Assembly (NCBI GenBank): GCA_965644295.1
Contig: CBFFRP010000029.1
Location: forward strand, 1,958-65,957
Direction of reading: 5' to 3'
From: Paraphysomonas bandaiensis
Lineage: Eukaryota > Protista > Chrysophyceae
Length of the DNA stretch: 64,000 nucleotides
Within the stretch, counting starts at the first letter, position 1. Each line of letters begins with the position of its first letter. This document shows, piece by piece, positions 1 through 12,035 of this stretch. The translations under genes were made by a program, and so were the position numbers. Below the pieces are notes generated by a model, which was not told where the DNA came from, did not search any database, and worked only from the letters and a program-made list of their open reading frames with translations.

Positions 1-616
1 CGCCAAACACAGACATGACTCTATAGTGGCGAAAATTTGGTATGAACAGCATAAACAGAAATATACACCCCCATATAAATGTCCAGCTCCGTTTGCTTAA
101 ACGTTCTTCAAGGAGGTAAAAATTTGAAGCTGTTGCAATAATTTGAACCGCCGATAGTCCAACCAGAGATATGTACACCACGATTTGGCTGAGTAGTCCC
201 ATCCTTTGACCAACTAAATTATACATAAGTTCAGAGTATGAGACAATGTGAAATGGATCCCGATGATGCGGATGAGTTGAATCCACATCTATTTTGCGAC
301 GATAAGTTGCATGGAGACTGACTAACAAGAAGTTCGTATAGAGAGCTAATGTGGCAAAGAGAAATTGAAATATGATCCCAGAAGCCAATCCGGTCAATGA
401 AAACATGAACGGAAGGGTCAAGATAACTTGACCAACTTCCTGTGAAGCAGCTAGCAGGAACCCATCAAATATCCCACCACCATCTAGTATGAACCCCAGT
501 AAATATCCCCCACTACTCTCTCTGTGTCCTTTCGACAGTAAAGATGTTCTTGTTTCTGATAATCGACACTCCGATAGAGCAGAGTCTCTCCTACAAGAGA
601 CAAGAGGGTCCTCCAT
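1..616 (-). CDS. AUX1/LAX-like amino acid/auxin permease (AAAP family), 5' part, runs off the window edge
   Basis: Manual translation from ATG 616 gives 205 open codons: GGGIFDGFLLAASQEVGQVILTLPFMFSLTGLASGIIFQ...HIVSYSELM...VQIIATASNFYLLEERLSKRSWTFIWG...FIPNFRHYRVMSVFG. This is colinear with the plant AUX1/LAX N-terminal half as I recall it (ASNQVAQVLLTLPYSF; QLIACASNIYY; KRTWTYIFG; FIPSFHNYRIWS). Confidence 0.85.
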   Translation of the reverse strand, partial: MEDPLVSCRRDSALSECRLSETRTSLLSKGHRESSGGYLLGFILDGGGIFDGFLLAASQEVGQVILTLPFMFSLTGLASGIIFQFLFATLALYTNFLLVSLHATYRRKIDVDSTHPHHRDPFHIVSYSELMYNLVGQRMGLLSQIVVYISLVGLSAVQIIATASNFYLLEERLSKRSWTFIWGCIFLFMLFIPNFRHYRVMSVFG

Positions 617-1054
617 ACTAACAATACTCAGTCGCTACTGTAATGTGGCATATAGGAGTGGTGTGATACTGGTGTATCATTGTGTATCATGCACACACAG
701 ACTGTCTCTGCATGGTGCGTCATGTCCAACCTGCTGTGGATACACACCACAGCAGATGCATGTACTGCTGCACAGCAGGCGGTGTAGAAAGATACCATAA
801 AACAAGCATTTTCAGGGATCGTATTGTCTAAAAGTCGTTATTTTTATGAAACCAGCAGCACAGCGTACTGCAGCACAGCACATGTTTGTACTGCTGTATA
901 GTGTATGTGTATGTATGCACGTACAGCGGCAGTGTGTATATATATACGTGTGTTCAGTTATATAGAATCGTTGCTTATAGGTACGTTATGACAGACAGCA
1001 CACTCATCGAGCATTCCATAATTGCATCATAAGCACTAGTTGATCAAACCCCAA

Positions 1055-2524
1055 ATGCTATTGCCACTTCTCCTGTGCATTCCAGTGGCTAGTGCCTATG
1101 TATATCCACTGACTACAAGCAATTTCAGTTCATTCATCGAGTCGTCCCCTATAGCTCTAGTTGAGTTTTATGCACCATGGTAGGAATGATGCACTTCACT
1201 CATGCAGATATCTCATTGTGATATCACATAGGTGTGGACACTGCAAGAAGTTAGCCCCTATATATGAAGAAGCTGCTGCTGTGTTGGCTGCGGATAATAT
1301 TCCTCTTGCAAGTGTGAACTGCGTTGAAGAAACATCACTGTATTACAAGCATGATATTCAAGGCTATCCTACAATCAAGGCCTTCCTTTTAGGTTATACG
1401 TGTATTTACATTAGTTTTATTTGAAGTAATGGTTATGTAATAGGTGAACCAATACTCTATGATGGTGCACGGGAGCTACAGGATATTGTAGACTTTATGA
1501 GAAATATGGCAAGCCCTGGGACAGTAGACGTGGATACCGATGGTCTTCAGGCGTTCACCGCGGAGCATCTTGCTGAGAATCACCCCGTAATGGTAGCATT
1601 TTTACCTCCGCCCTCGGAACCAATGCACACCGATACGCTGAGGGCGTTCCAACTAGCCTGCAAGCGCGTTGGTATATTCTCCTGTGGAGTATCACAAAAT
1701 GTCGCCCTACTTAAGGTAGGTTACTCCACATATCACTTTTATTTCTCAACAACCAAAATGTAACTTTCAGGGTATTGCTGGTGATGCTATGTCGGTGCCA
1801 TCACTTGTGATGCTGCGGGCATTCGAAGACCCCTTCGAACAACGTCATCTTGTGGGGCCATCGGTCTCTGACCTATTCCCTACAGAATCAGTCAGCAATA
1901 ATATAGGGGCAGCAGCCCAAGCCATGGCCCAGTGGATGGTAAATTACGGCTATCCTGAAGTGACCGTCTTCGCTGAGAAAAATGCAGAATTAATGTTCTC
2001 GGACAAGCGCCCGGTATATAAATACACCCTGTAGAATGTTGTGTGTGTATTGTCCAGTTACTCCAATACTTACTGCTCTGATATATTTTGTTCTGATGAT
2101 ATATTATTAAGGGATTCGCTACACACATTCTGTTTTTTTTCGACAACAGTTCCCCCACGGAGACTGCTGAAATGAAAAGATTTAGAGAACTATCTCGCCG
2201 TCATCGAGGAGAGGCGGTGTTTATTCTGGTCGATACAGCCACCGTGGATACTAATGATTATGCCTCAAGTAATGTGTACTACTGGCTCAGACTCTTTATT
2301 TATTGATTATTTCTGTAGGTGTGATGGAGGATCTTGGGGTCGTGGGACACGCCCCTACTGTGATTATCATTCGATCAGCGAAGACGCAGGTAGAGTTCTA
2401 CCGCCTCAGCTCTGAGTCTGAGGCAACTTCCTTCAACGTGGATGCAATGACCACTCACATTGAGAGTTTTTTTTCCAACAGTCTTGATCCAACAAATGTA
2501 GTAAGTCAGGAACCGTCAACTTAA
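1055..2524 (+). CDS. Protein disulfide-isomerase-like protein (signal peptide, one WCGHC thioredoxin domain, b/b'-like domains), multi-exon
   Basis: MLLPLLLCIPVASA signal peptide; VEFYAPW joins CGHCKKLAP across a GT-AG intron; IQGYPTIK motif; later exons lie in ORFs 1497, 1789 and 2303. Confidence 0.85.
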
Positions 2525-2733
2525 GTATGCAAATGTAAAAATTGTTGTAGGGGTTGTTACCTAACGAACTTAAAATAACGATTGGTACTTTTCCCAGTAT
2601 TATATTTTTGAACACGTAGCGTATTGTGATACAGGCAATATCAAAATCAAATATCAAAAGAAGTCATAGAAATGTTGCACCTGACTTAAGGGAATATGAA
2701 ACCCGATAGTGTATTATAATGAACTATACAGCT

Positions 2734-2832
2734 CAGGGCCTGGTAACCATTAACCCTTAACGGATTATGGTAGACCAGTTCCCGGCAATTATAATGGCTT
2801 TAGCCATTACCACTAACTGCTATTAGGCCCTG
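2734..2832. mobile_element. 99-bp hAT-type MITE
   Basis: Terminal inverted repeats CAGGGCCT...AGGCCCTG; perfect 8-bp TSD ATACAGCT at 2726-2733 and 2833-2840. Confidence 0.85.
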
Positions 2833-3211
2833 ATACAGCTATACAATATACTATAGCCTATAGCTATTAGGAAGTTAGGAATATTATGTGAACTACGCAG
2901 TTGTTCCTATTTAGTAAATATTAAGTATATGTAAAAGTATAAGTATGTAAATGATAATTTGATATGCATAGAGTATGCCACAACTTAATCGACTTAAATC
3001 TCCTTAACGTGTGAAAAAACTGTTGCCAGATGGGCACAAGTAAACAATTTAGACGCAAACGATATTTTCTGTATCAATCTTTATTTTTCAAATGTGAATT
3101 CCTTATGGGTTATTTTACAAGAATAAGAGGAATAGCTACTCATAGAAGGGAATATACTCAAGCAAATAATTTGGAGTTATCCCACAATATAATATGTAGT
3201 CCTATCTTTGT

Positions 3212-3753
3212 TTCCCCATTCTGAGCGCGTACTTAGGTAGAGCCGGGTGGGGGCCGGGTGGGTACCTAACTAATACTTGATTTAAGTCCCATACGTTATT
3301 TGCTAGCTACCTACTGATCCCAACTAGCTACATCATTATCACACGGTATTCAGCGCTGAATATGCAGTGAGACCCGGGTGGGGAACCGCTGAACTAAGCA
3401 ATGTGTACATAGGTAGAGGCGAGCAATCGCAGCACTCAGTAGCACCCACTAGAGGGTATTGAGAATTGCTCATTTTAAGCTAGATCACAGAGAGAATTTG
3501 TCGTAAGACTAGATAGATTTATTAATATCGTTTACACGAAGTTGTGATATATATCCTACATATGCGAACCTCTCGTTACTGAACATATCTTGAAAGATCA
3601 AACTATTTCAGTTTCTCAATATCATCACAGCATTTGTACATCACTATATTCTCGTACATTGTCGTCAAGTGACATACTGAATATACTAGAATAAGATCCA
3701 TATTCTAATAGAGGGCCGCACGCAGTGATTAGTTACGATGTCAATATGGGGCA
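3212..3753 (+). mobile_element. LTR-like repeat, copy 1, carrying an extra internal segment
   Basis: Near-identical to 10125-10387; termini TTCCCCATT...ATATGGGGCA; an extra 259 bp lies between two TAGAGGG copies. Confidence 0.7.
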
Positions 3754-4067
3754 ATATGAACCGAGTAAACTGTGATTAGCCCGATTAACTAGTACCACTT
3801 ATAAGGCTATCGTAACGCAAGTATATTGTTGCTATATTGGTGCTTACTTAGATTTTAATACAATACTTTGGATTCGTTGGCGACAATTATGTTTTATATA
3901 TTTTATTCATAACATCGTCATGTCTGATACGTTCGGTGAGTTTTCATCACAATTCTTGTTTGGGAATTTCCTCGATTCACTGCCTCTAGTGCAGACAAGA
4001 ATACTTAAAATTTACTCACACGTTTAGAGTGCTTCGCGAGATATCACTACTTAGTTAGACAAGTAGT

Positions 4068-7000
4068 TTAAAGACAAGCATTTCTCTCATCTTGAACTGC
4101 CATCTCTAGTGATTCCATTTTGTCATCTGAACTTCTTTTTACTATCTCATAGCCTTCTCCTTTCTGTTCTTCCCTATCGCTCACCATAGCATCAGGAGTT
4201 CCAACTGAAGACTCTGGCTTGAACGGCAAAAGAGGTATGGTTAACTTATTCGTCTGGAGAGCGAACAAGAAATACTGAGATACTCTGAAAAATACGACAT
4301 ATGCCAATAACACCCCTAACATGCCCCAGGCAGGGATATCTCTAAGGTTGAAAATTTGGTCCAACACCTGCTTGCCAGTCATTTCTATCTTGGGGTCGCT
4401 CCCAGAGACGGTGAAGTCTTGGTCACGAAAGATCATCCACGTGAATCCGTTAAAAGACCACTGCAAGAGTAAAACACATCAGGAACACCGACAACTGCAA
4501 ATCGCATCTAGCACAAATATAAAACTTAACAATGAACTTACATGGAGCGGAACCACAGAGCACAACCAGGCCACAGCTTTAGGCATTGCCGACTGCTCAC
4601 GAAAAAAACCTGAAAAAAGCATATTCGTTCCAATAAATATCATTCCTGCCGTCGTACTTAAGAAATCGTTCTTCAGAACCTCTACTATGACCATAATTGC
4701 ACTCTCTTGTAGTATCAAGTGACCCCATGAAATGAAAATGTCATACAGGAAAGTTTCTCCATGAGGATTGAGGTCCACCAACCAGTGAAAAATACACACA
4801 AAGATGAACGCTGCAAAGAGATTGTAAACAGTCGACACGATAAACTGGGCAACGACGTATACTCCTGGAGAGTAGAAGCCATTGGCAACTCTATCTACTG
4901 CCTCACGTCGGTCACGGGCAAACAAAGAGGTACTTGTCACCGCGCACAGCATAACAGCCACGGCAGTAGAACACATAGCTCCCACATAAGCATTAATCTG
5001 ATCTGTCTCAGTATCGAGATCAAGGAATAAAGTACCCTCAAAGACTGCTACGATAATCAGTGAATACACACGGTATACAAAATACCCTGGCTCTTTCATG
5101 AAGTAATATAAAAAGTGGAGAATCATAATGATCAGGCGATTCAGTATACTCGGTGGGGTCCGAGGTTCGACAGAGGATGTCACTTTTTTCGATGCCTCAA
5201 ACGCTGTGTAGTATTTGTTTCCATATTCAGACTCATTAAAAAGCTCTGTCCAAGTCTTATCGTGGCCTTTCGGATCACTCTGCACAAGATCCAGGTAATA
5301 GTCCGCTGGATTAATTTTCTCCGGGTTAGTATACCCCAGAGAAGAGAAGTAATGCTTTGCGTCGGCAATGCTCCCACCGTAAACCATACGCCCTGCTTCC
5401 AAAAGAAACAAGTCATCCAGCATCTCAAAAACCAAAGCCGAGGGCTGGTGGATGGTCATAATAATGGCGATATTCGTCGTTTTAGCCACAGATGCTAGAT
5501 ACTTCACTATACTGTAAGAGGCGGTACTGTCAACACCAGTGGTAGGCTCTATACACAATTAGGATTATATAACGTAATAATACAAGTAATAACGTATAAG
5601 ATAGTATTAATAAACACCATCGGGCATACTATATAGGCGCTTACGTACCGTCTAGGAAAAGTATAGAGGGATTGGAAATAAGTCCCACTCCGATGCTGAC
5701 CCGTTTTATCTCACCACCAGACAGGTGTCTGACTTGAGTGTCTTTCTTTTCTGTCAATCCTAGCACCTTCAAAATCTCCATAGCCCTAGCTTCCATCTTG
5801 GAACAATCATGGCAGGTAAGTCGGCCCACCAACAGCACATGCTGGAAGACGGTTAACACATCGTTGACCTCATCAAACTGAGGCACATAAGTGAGGTCAT
5901 GTGATGTCATGTCTTTCCCCAGAAACTTTACAGAACCCTCAAGTTTGGCATAAGAGGCACGTTTTGCTAAGCCGCTGCAGAACACACACTATTAAAAATC
6001 GAATGACTAGCGCATGTTCAGTAGGACAGTGCAGTTACGTATAAAACTATCGCGGCAAAAAGCATATATTGTAGAATATAGAATACGTATATCATTTCCA
6101 TCACAGAAGTAACTAGTAGGCAATTAATCGTACTTGAGTAGCGTTGTTTTACCAGCCCCAGATGGACCCATGAGTGCAAGCACACGCCCAGGTTGAACAT
6201 ATCCAGACACGTCATCAACAAGCCTCTGCCCTGTTTTTGATAGTACTACGCTTAAGTTTGACCACGAAAGTGATCCGTGGCTTTCTTCATGAAACGAGCC
6301 TTGGCGTACCGTTCGGCCTTGGATTTGATCGGCAGGAGACACCACTGACTGAGACTGCACACTCGTGTATATACTCTTTTCAGCCGCAGAGTTACTGTTA
6401 TCGTTTCCACATGACGCATTGCTTGCTGCTGTAGAATTATCTGCTGGTGTTCTCACATAACAGGACTTTGCCCAGTAGAAAATACTATCGACCGGGTAAT
6501 ACGTCAGAAATGCAACCCCAAGTTTCAGGCCCACAAATATGATACACATGTATCCGAAATATTCCCAGTAACTCTCATCTCTCTGTATTCCCTGGTTAAC
6601 TTCCAACATCTCACGGCCATTTACTTCACACCCCGCGTTTGTATCGTGGTAATAGTCGCACTCATACCGAATGCCCGTCCCTGGCTCTATACACTGTCCC
6701 TCGGAGTCAACTTCATCGCACCTAAAGTCCATGTACTGAAAGACTTCCATACTGATTGTGCGACTTCCTTGAGCAAAGACAGTAGCCTCTTGCAACCATA
6801 TCCAGTACCTACCATATATATGACACATATATTAATACAAATAGAAGTGTGTGTGAACGAGGAGTATACGATATAGAATGGTTTGTAGACAATACACCTA
6901 CTACCTTGGACAGTCGTTCCAGGCAACAAACACACCACCACCAAACACCTGAAGGTTAACAAGGCATATTTGGGCGAACACCATCGATGTTGTAGGATTG

Positions 7001-8620
7001 TTGGACAGCAGAGTTACAACAGCAATCATCGCTTCTGCAGTCATGAACACCTGAAGTACACTGTAAGACGACGGTATATCGTAGACATAGATTTACATTA
7101 TGAATTACACCACTAACGATGTATTCTAACTTACCATCCAACCTGCCAGAATGAGAAAAGGGTATGCTCTGGCTGGGAAGCCCATCATGAAGTACATTAT
7201 CACACCTACAGGGAAAAACATAACTCCCAATGTGGCTGTCGAGATCGTGTCCGATAAGAGGACCGCAAACTTGCTGTACTTGGCATTGTAAACCTCATGA
7301 GTAGCACGCTTGGTGGAAGAGCTTAGGTAATACACCTTGAAGGCATGTACCCAACAATAGGAAAGTACAATCCATAACAGCGCAGATGAAAATATGTTGA
7401 AACTCCCATCAACTTGGCGGGGGAGGTTCCAAAACACAGCGCCAATAAGTACTGCAAAGGAGAGCATTAAATTGAGTTGAAAGTGGTACAATGTAGGATC
7501 CCTATAGGCCAGAGTGTAATCTCTATATATCAGCAAATACAATTGCTTTATAAAAGGTACTGTATTTTTGGGCACGTCGACAGAGTGCGTGCCAGTCTCA
7601 CATATCTTCTTATGATTTTCAAGAGTATTCCGCAATTCGACCCCCTCAGGAGCGGCGTGGAACATACAGCTAAAATCCGTTTCCTGGTCAATAGAAAAGC
7701 TCTTGTCTGTAATCTGGAGAAAATAGTCAGTTGGGGTGACGGAAGTAGGACAGGAAAAGCCATGTCGAGAAAAGTATTCTTCACACTCTGATAGAGCCCC
7801 AAAAAATACCCCTCCTCCACTTTCCATGAGCATAATGTGATCGAATAATTGCAACATGCGAGAGTTCGGTTGATGAATGGATAACATGACCGAGAATTTT
7901 CCTTCGCTTGATTTGACCAAATCGTGGATACATGACAAAACTTCAAATGCAACGCTTGAATCTAAGCCTGATGTGGGCTCGTCTAAAATGAGAATGCTTG
8001 GTGATGCTATGAGCTCGCATGCAATCTCCGCCCGCTTTTTCTGACCCCCACTCAAACCACGCTGCAAGTCATTCAGAGCGGTTAGAAAACATACAAACCA
8101 TAGAATGACACAAAATAATAACCCATAACATGAAATCATTACAGAGCAGACAACGTACAAAGATGAGAGTGCCTATGATTCCATCTGCTACATGATCGAT
8201 ACCGAGCTTTTTCAACAAATCCGCGACATCCTTTTCAATAACTTCTTCCGAGTCATTCCTTTTAAACATCGCCGTATATTTAGTGACCTCTCTAGCTGTG
8301 AGTTCGCCCAACACGCTGTCATTCTGAGGCACATAAGCTACTGGATTGTGTATATTCTTGGGATTAACAATTCGACCATTCATATACACATCTCCCAATA
8401 CATCCAGATCTTGAATACGCCCTGAAAGGGTTTTTAACAGCACACTTTTCCCCGCTGCAGAGGGTCCTAACACAGCTGTTATTCCGCCTTTCACGACATA
8501 TCCAGAGACATTCTTTAATATATAATTGGAATCAATTAAACTGTACACAGAGAGATCTTTAAATCCAACTGAGATGTTCTCTGCCTTAATCCCATAGCCA
8601 CTTTCAGGATCCTGTGACAT
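4068..8620 (-). CDS. Full-size ABCG transporter, (NBD-TMD)x2, multi-exon
   Basis: Walker A GPSAAGKS and GPSGAGKT; signatures LSGGQKKR and LSGGEIKR; LDEPTSGLD; two IHQP H-loops; two ABC-2 type membrane domains. First ATG at 8620. Confidence 0.93.
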
Positions 8621-9539
8621 GACTTTATCAGACACAATATGCAGTGAGTTATGGCACTTGAGAAGTAGTGAGTTATCATCTCAGTTGCTTCCATCCACTT
8701 GTTTGAGTGTCAAATTATTTTCTGAGTAAATTCGGCTTCACTTTTTACATCTTTAATGTAATTTTGTCTATACATGCTGTCAATAACCATTTTCTATAGT
8801 TCATATTTTTGTCCTATGTTTTTAAGGTATTTTTACATTTTTCGATTCTAACTTATATTGTCCTGGAATTCCAAATCCTAGAATCCTATAGGAGCATGAG
8901 CGATATATCTATTCAAATGCAAATACAGCACATAGCACTACGTCGTTCTTGATTCGCCTGGGGTGGCCTCTACACAAAAACATGTTAACGTTTTTGCTAT
9001 CGCAGTATGTATGGCAGGTTTTTGAGCATTCTCAACACACCGTACCTTACGGTTGGTCATAAAAAAAGATAATATGACATGATGAAAACATCCATTTTTA
9101 TAGGAGAAACTGTCAAAAACATGTGTTTTGTAAAGAAAAGTGGGATTTCAGGCCATATATATTGGATGCATTATGCTAGATCCAGGTCACCGTTTGTATC
9201 ACGACAAGCACTCAGCCTACTCGACATAGGCTTGATAAAACTCGTGATAACAACATTATGACTCGAGGTTCCTAATATAGGCCGCAATATTATTTCTTAC
9301 CATGCCATGAATGTTGGAAAGAAATGAAATCATTTCTTTCCAAGGTCCAAAATATTTTTATTTGATTTACCCACCGTAAGGAACGCACTTAGCATGGCAG
9401 TTTTTTGAAACAGAACACACTTCTTTTCCAGCCTTCACTTCTACTTGTATGTATAGATACGGACACAGGCAGGTCACTACTTTACAGTTGAACTTCAGGT
9501 ACACTAAACTTGCTGTGGTGGACACGATGACGTTTAGAG

Positions 9540-10387
9540 ATTTTTGATTGGTGTTCTACTACTTTCAGGGGGAGCGAATTGGAAGGAGCCCCCAAGAATT
9601 CGAAGATCACTCAGTGTTGCTCGCACAGGGAGCTGGAGAGCACCCGATAGACTCTCGAAGGGTCGCTAATGAGTCTATTAGAGTATTATTAACATTGAAG
9701 CCTCGTATAATGCACCTGCTGTGCAGTTATAGGGTCCAAACGACCTCGATAGGCACATGTTGCATCATTTCCCCAGCATCTCAATGGGGCAGCGAACACC
9801 CCAAAAAGGCTATGAAGTCCATTATGGTCCGTAATGGTCATATCAAGCGCATTCTAGTTGGATCTTGTTTAGCGATGGAGCAGGAGTGTGTTTACCGGCT
9901 TCAGTTCCTATCTATATATATATATTCAATTCAGGCGCCCTGTTAAAAAATAAATATCTAATCTTGTCCCTAATTGCAGAACTGGACTAGTCAACCACGA
10001 TGATGTATGTGCGGCCTGGACCACGGTGACATAGGGACGTAGGGTAAGAAAAAAGTGGTCGTCAAATGAGTTATGTGGGACACTCTCCTTAGTCACCGTG
10101 ACCGAGTTGATCACACATGGGGGGTGCCCCATTCTGAGCGCGTACTTAGGTAGAGCCGGGTGGGTACCTAACTAATACTTGATATAAGTCCCATACGTTA
10201 TTTGCTAGCTACCTACTGATCCCAACTAGCTACATCATTATCACACGGTATTCAGCGCTGAATATGCAGTGAGACCCCGGGCGGGGAACCGCTGAACTAA
10301 GCAATGTGTACATAGGTATAGGTGAGCAATCGCAGCACCCACTAGAGGGCCGCACGCAGTGATTAGTTACGCTGTCAATATGCGGCA
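9540..10387 (+). mobile_element. Degenerate Copia-like 3' end: RNase H-like trace, polypurine tract, 3' LTR (10125-10387)
   Basis: LTR starts TGCCCCA and ends TGCGGCA; a G6 tract at 10119-10124 abuts it; KAMKSIMVRNGHIK weakly resembles the Copia KHIDVRYHFIR motif. Confidence 0.5.
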
Positions 10388-10492
10388 TCCGTGATATATG
10401 ACCTCGTAGAACTAATCCCACAACATAACTACAAAAGACCTTGTAATATCACTCAAGATAAGCATTAAAACTTTCATACACTGATCTCATTA

Positions 10493-11496
10493 TTAGAGAT
10501 CGGCAAGCTTCTTGCCTGCTACAAATCTAACAACTTTAGGAACCGCATCACTGAGAGACTGAGCAGCTGTCCCAAGGTTCTGTAAAAACTCTTCATGAGT
10601 AGGTCTGTCTCCATCGACGATATCAGTCACAACTTTGACACAGAAGAAGGGAAGATTTGCAAGGTGTGCCACCCAGGCAATACCAGCACCCTCCATGTCT
10701 TTCACTGACGCATCTGTCACGTACAATTATTCGAAATCAAATGCTGGTAATGTATAATGGTACCATTCTCGAGCATGATTTCATCATCCACAGAATGGTG
10801 ATCCAGTGAGTTAGATGTAGTCAATACGCCCGACTTGTACCCCAATAACTGCAACGTTGACATGAATACAACACATACACATACACATGGGTACATCATT
10901 TACCGAGATAAGGTTCGGTGTGTCCACGGAGCGGTAGTGTCCGCGGGCATACTCCTCGAAACCAGGAATAGGAATTCGTCTATCATGGTTGCGGACGTCA
11001 GTTGTAATATAAACGTCCCCAATAGCGCCGCCCTTGCGGCCAAAACCGCCAACTGTACCAGCATTGATAATGATATCAGGGTGCTTGCTCTGGATGGCAA
11101 TATAGGTGTTGACAGCTGCCGCGACAGTGCCGACCTGAAAAAAAATGTAAATCCGATTAGTATAAAGGGTGGTTGATTACCTCGTCGCATCCGTATACAG
11201 GACATTTTCCGTTAGTAATGAGGTTGATTTTGCATCCACTGAATTCGCCGCAATACATTTCACATTTACTGATGTTGCAAACACTGGGCTCACGAACAAG
11301 TCCAAACTCAGCAATCATGGGAGCAGCTTCGGCTACAGAGAATTGATTATATAAAAAGCAAGACGATTTTCGCCCATACCTTCCATTGCAACGCATATTA
11401 ATATATTGGACAATACCTTATCTTCTTTAGGCTCCTGTATTCAAACCATGAAATACGCACAAGTCTTGACATGCACCATACCTGAGGGGTTGACAT
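10493..11496 (-). CDS. MTN: 5'-methylthioadenosine/S-adenosylhomocysteine nucleosidase, multi-exon
   Basis: Spliced MSTPQ|EPKEDKVLSNILICVAME|AEAAP...NGKCPVYGCDE; C-terminal DMEGAGIAWVAHL...KVVTDIVDGDRPTHEEFLQNL is typical of plant-type MTN. Confidence 0.9.
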
Positions 11497-12035
11497 TTTC
11501 AACTGAAGTAGTGTGGTGAGAGAATAGTCCTCTGATTAGAAAATCTTTAATTGATATGATTAGAGTAGAGGCATATATATGCATACATACATAGATTTGA
11601 TTTGTGGACATGAACTACCCCTCCTTGAGGAATACGTGGTATACAGTCCCCGTATACCATCGTTATCTGCTCTGGACTTCAACTCCTATATACAACGTAT
11701 TCTACTGTATACAGCATTGTAAATGTTCCCTTCCAAAAATTCAAACTTTCCCCTGCTGGGAACCCCCGCATACTCTCGTAGGAATACTGCTGCTGTACAG
11801 CAGTATGTACTGTATGTGTACATCTACTGCTGTAGAGTCCGTAGGGAAGGAGACAAGAAGTTGGTCTTCGTGTGTAGTGAAGTGTACCTGTAGGCGTGAC
11901 ACAGATACATGTGATCTTAACATACGGCACACACACACACCCATCTATGTCCAGTGTATATATATATGCTACAAGCAGAGGAGAGTAAACACACTACTAT
12001 GAGAATTCTCTTATAAATCCTGATAGTTTCCCATC

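Noticed and set aside
489-800. 103-aa plus-strand ORF
   Set aside because: Partly antisense to the AUX1/LAX-like start and runs through promoter sequence; no recognisable motifs.
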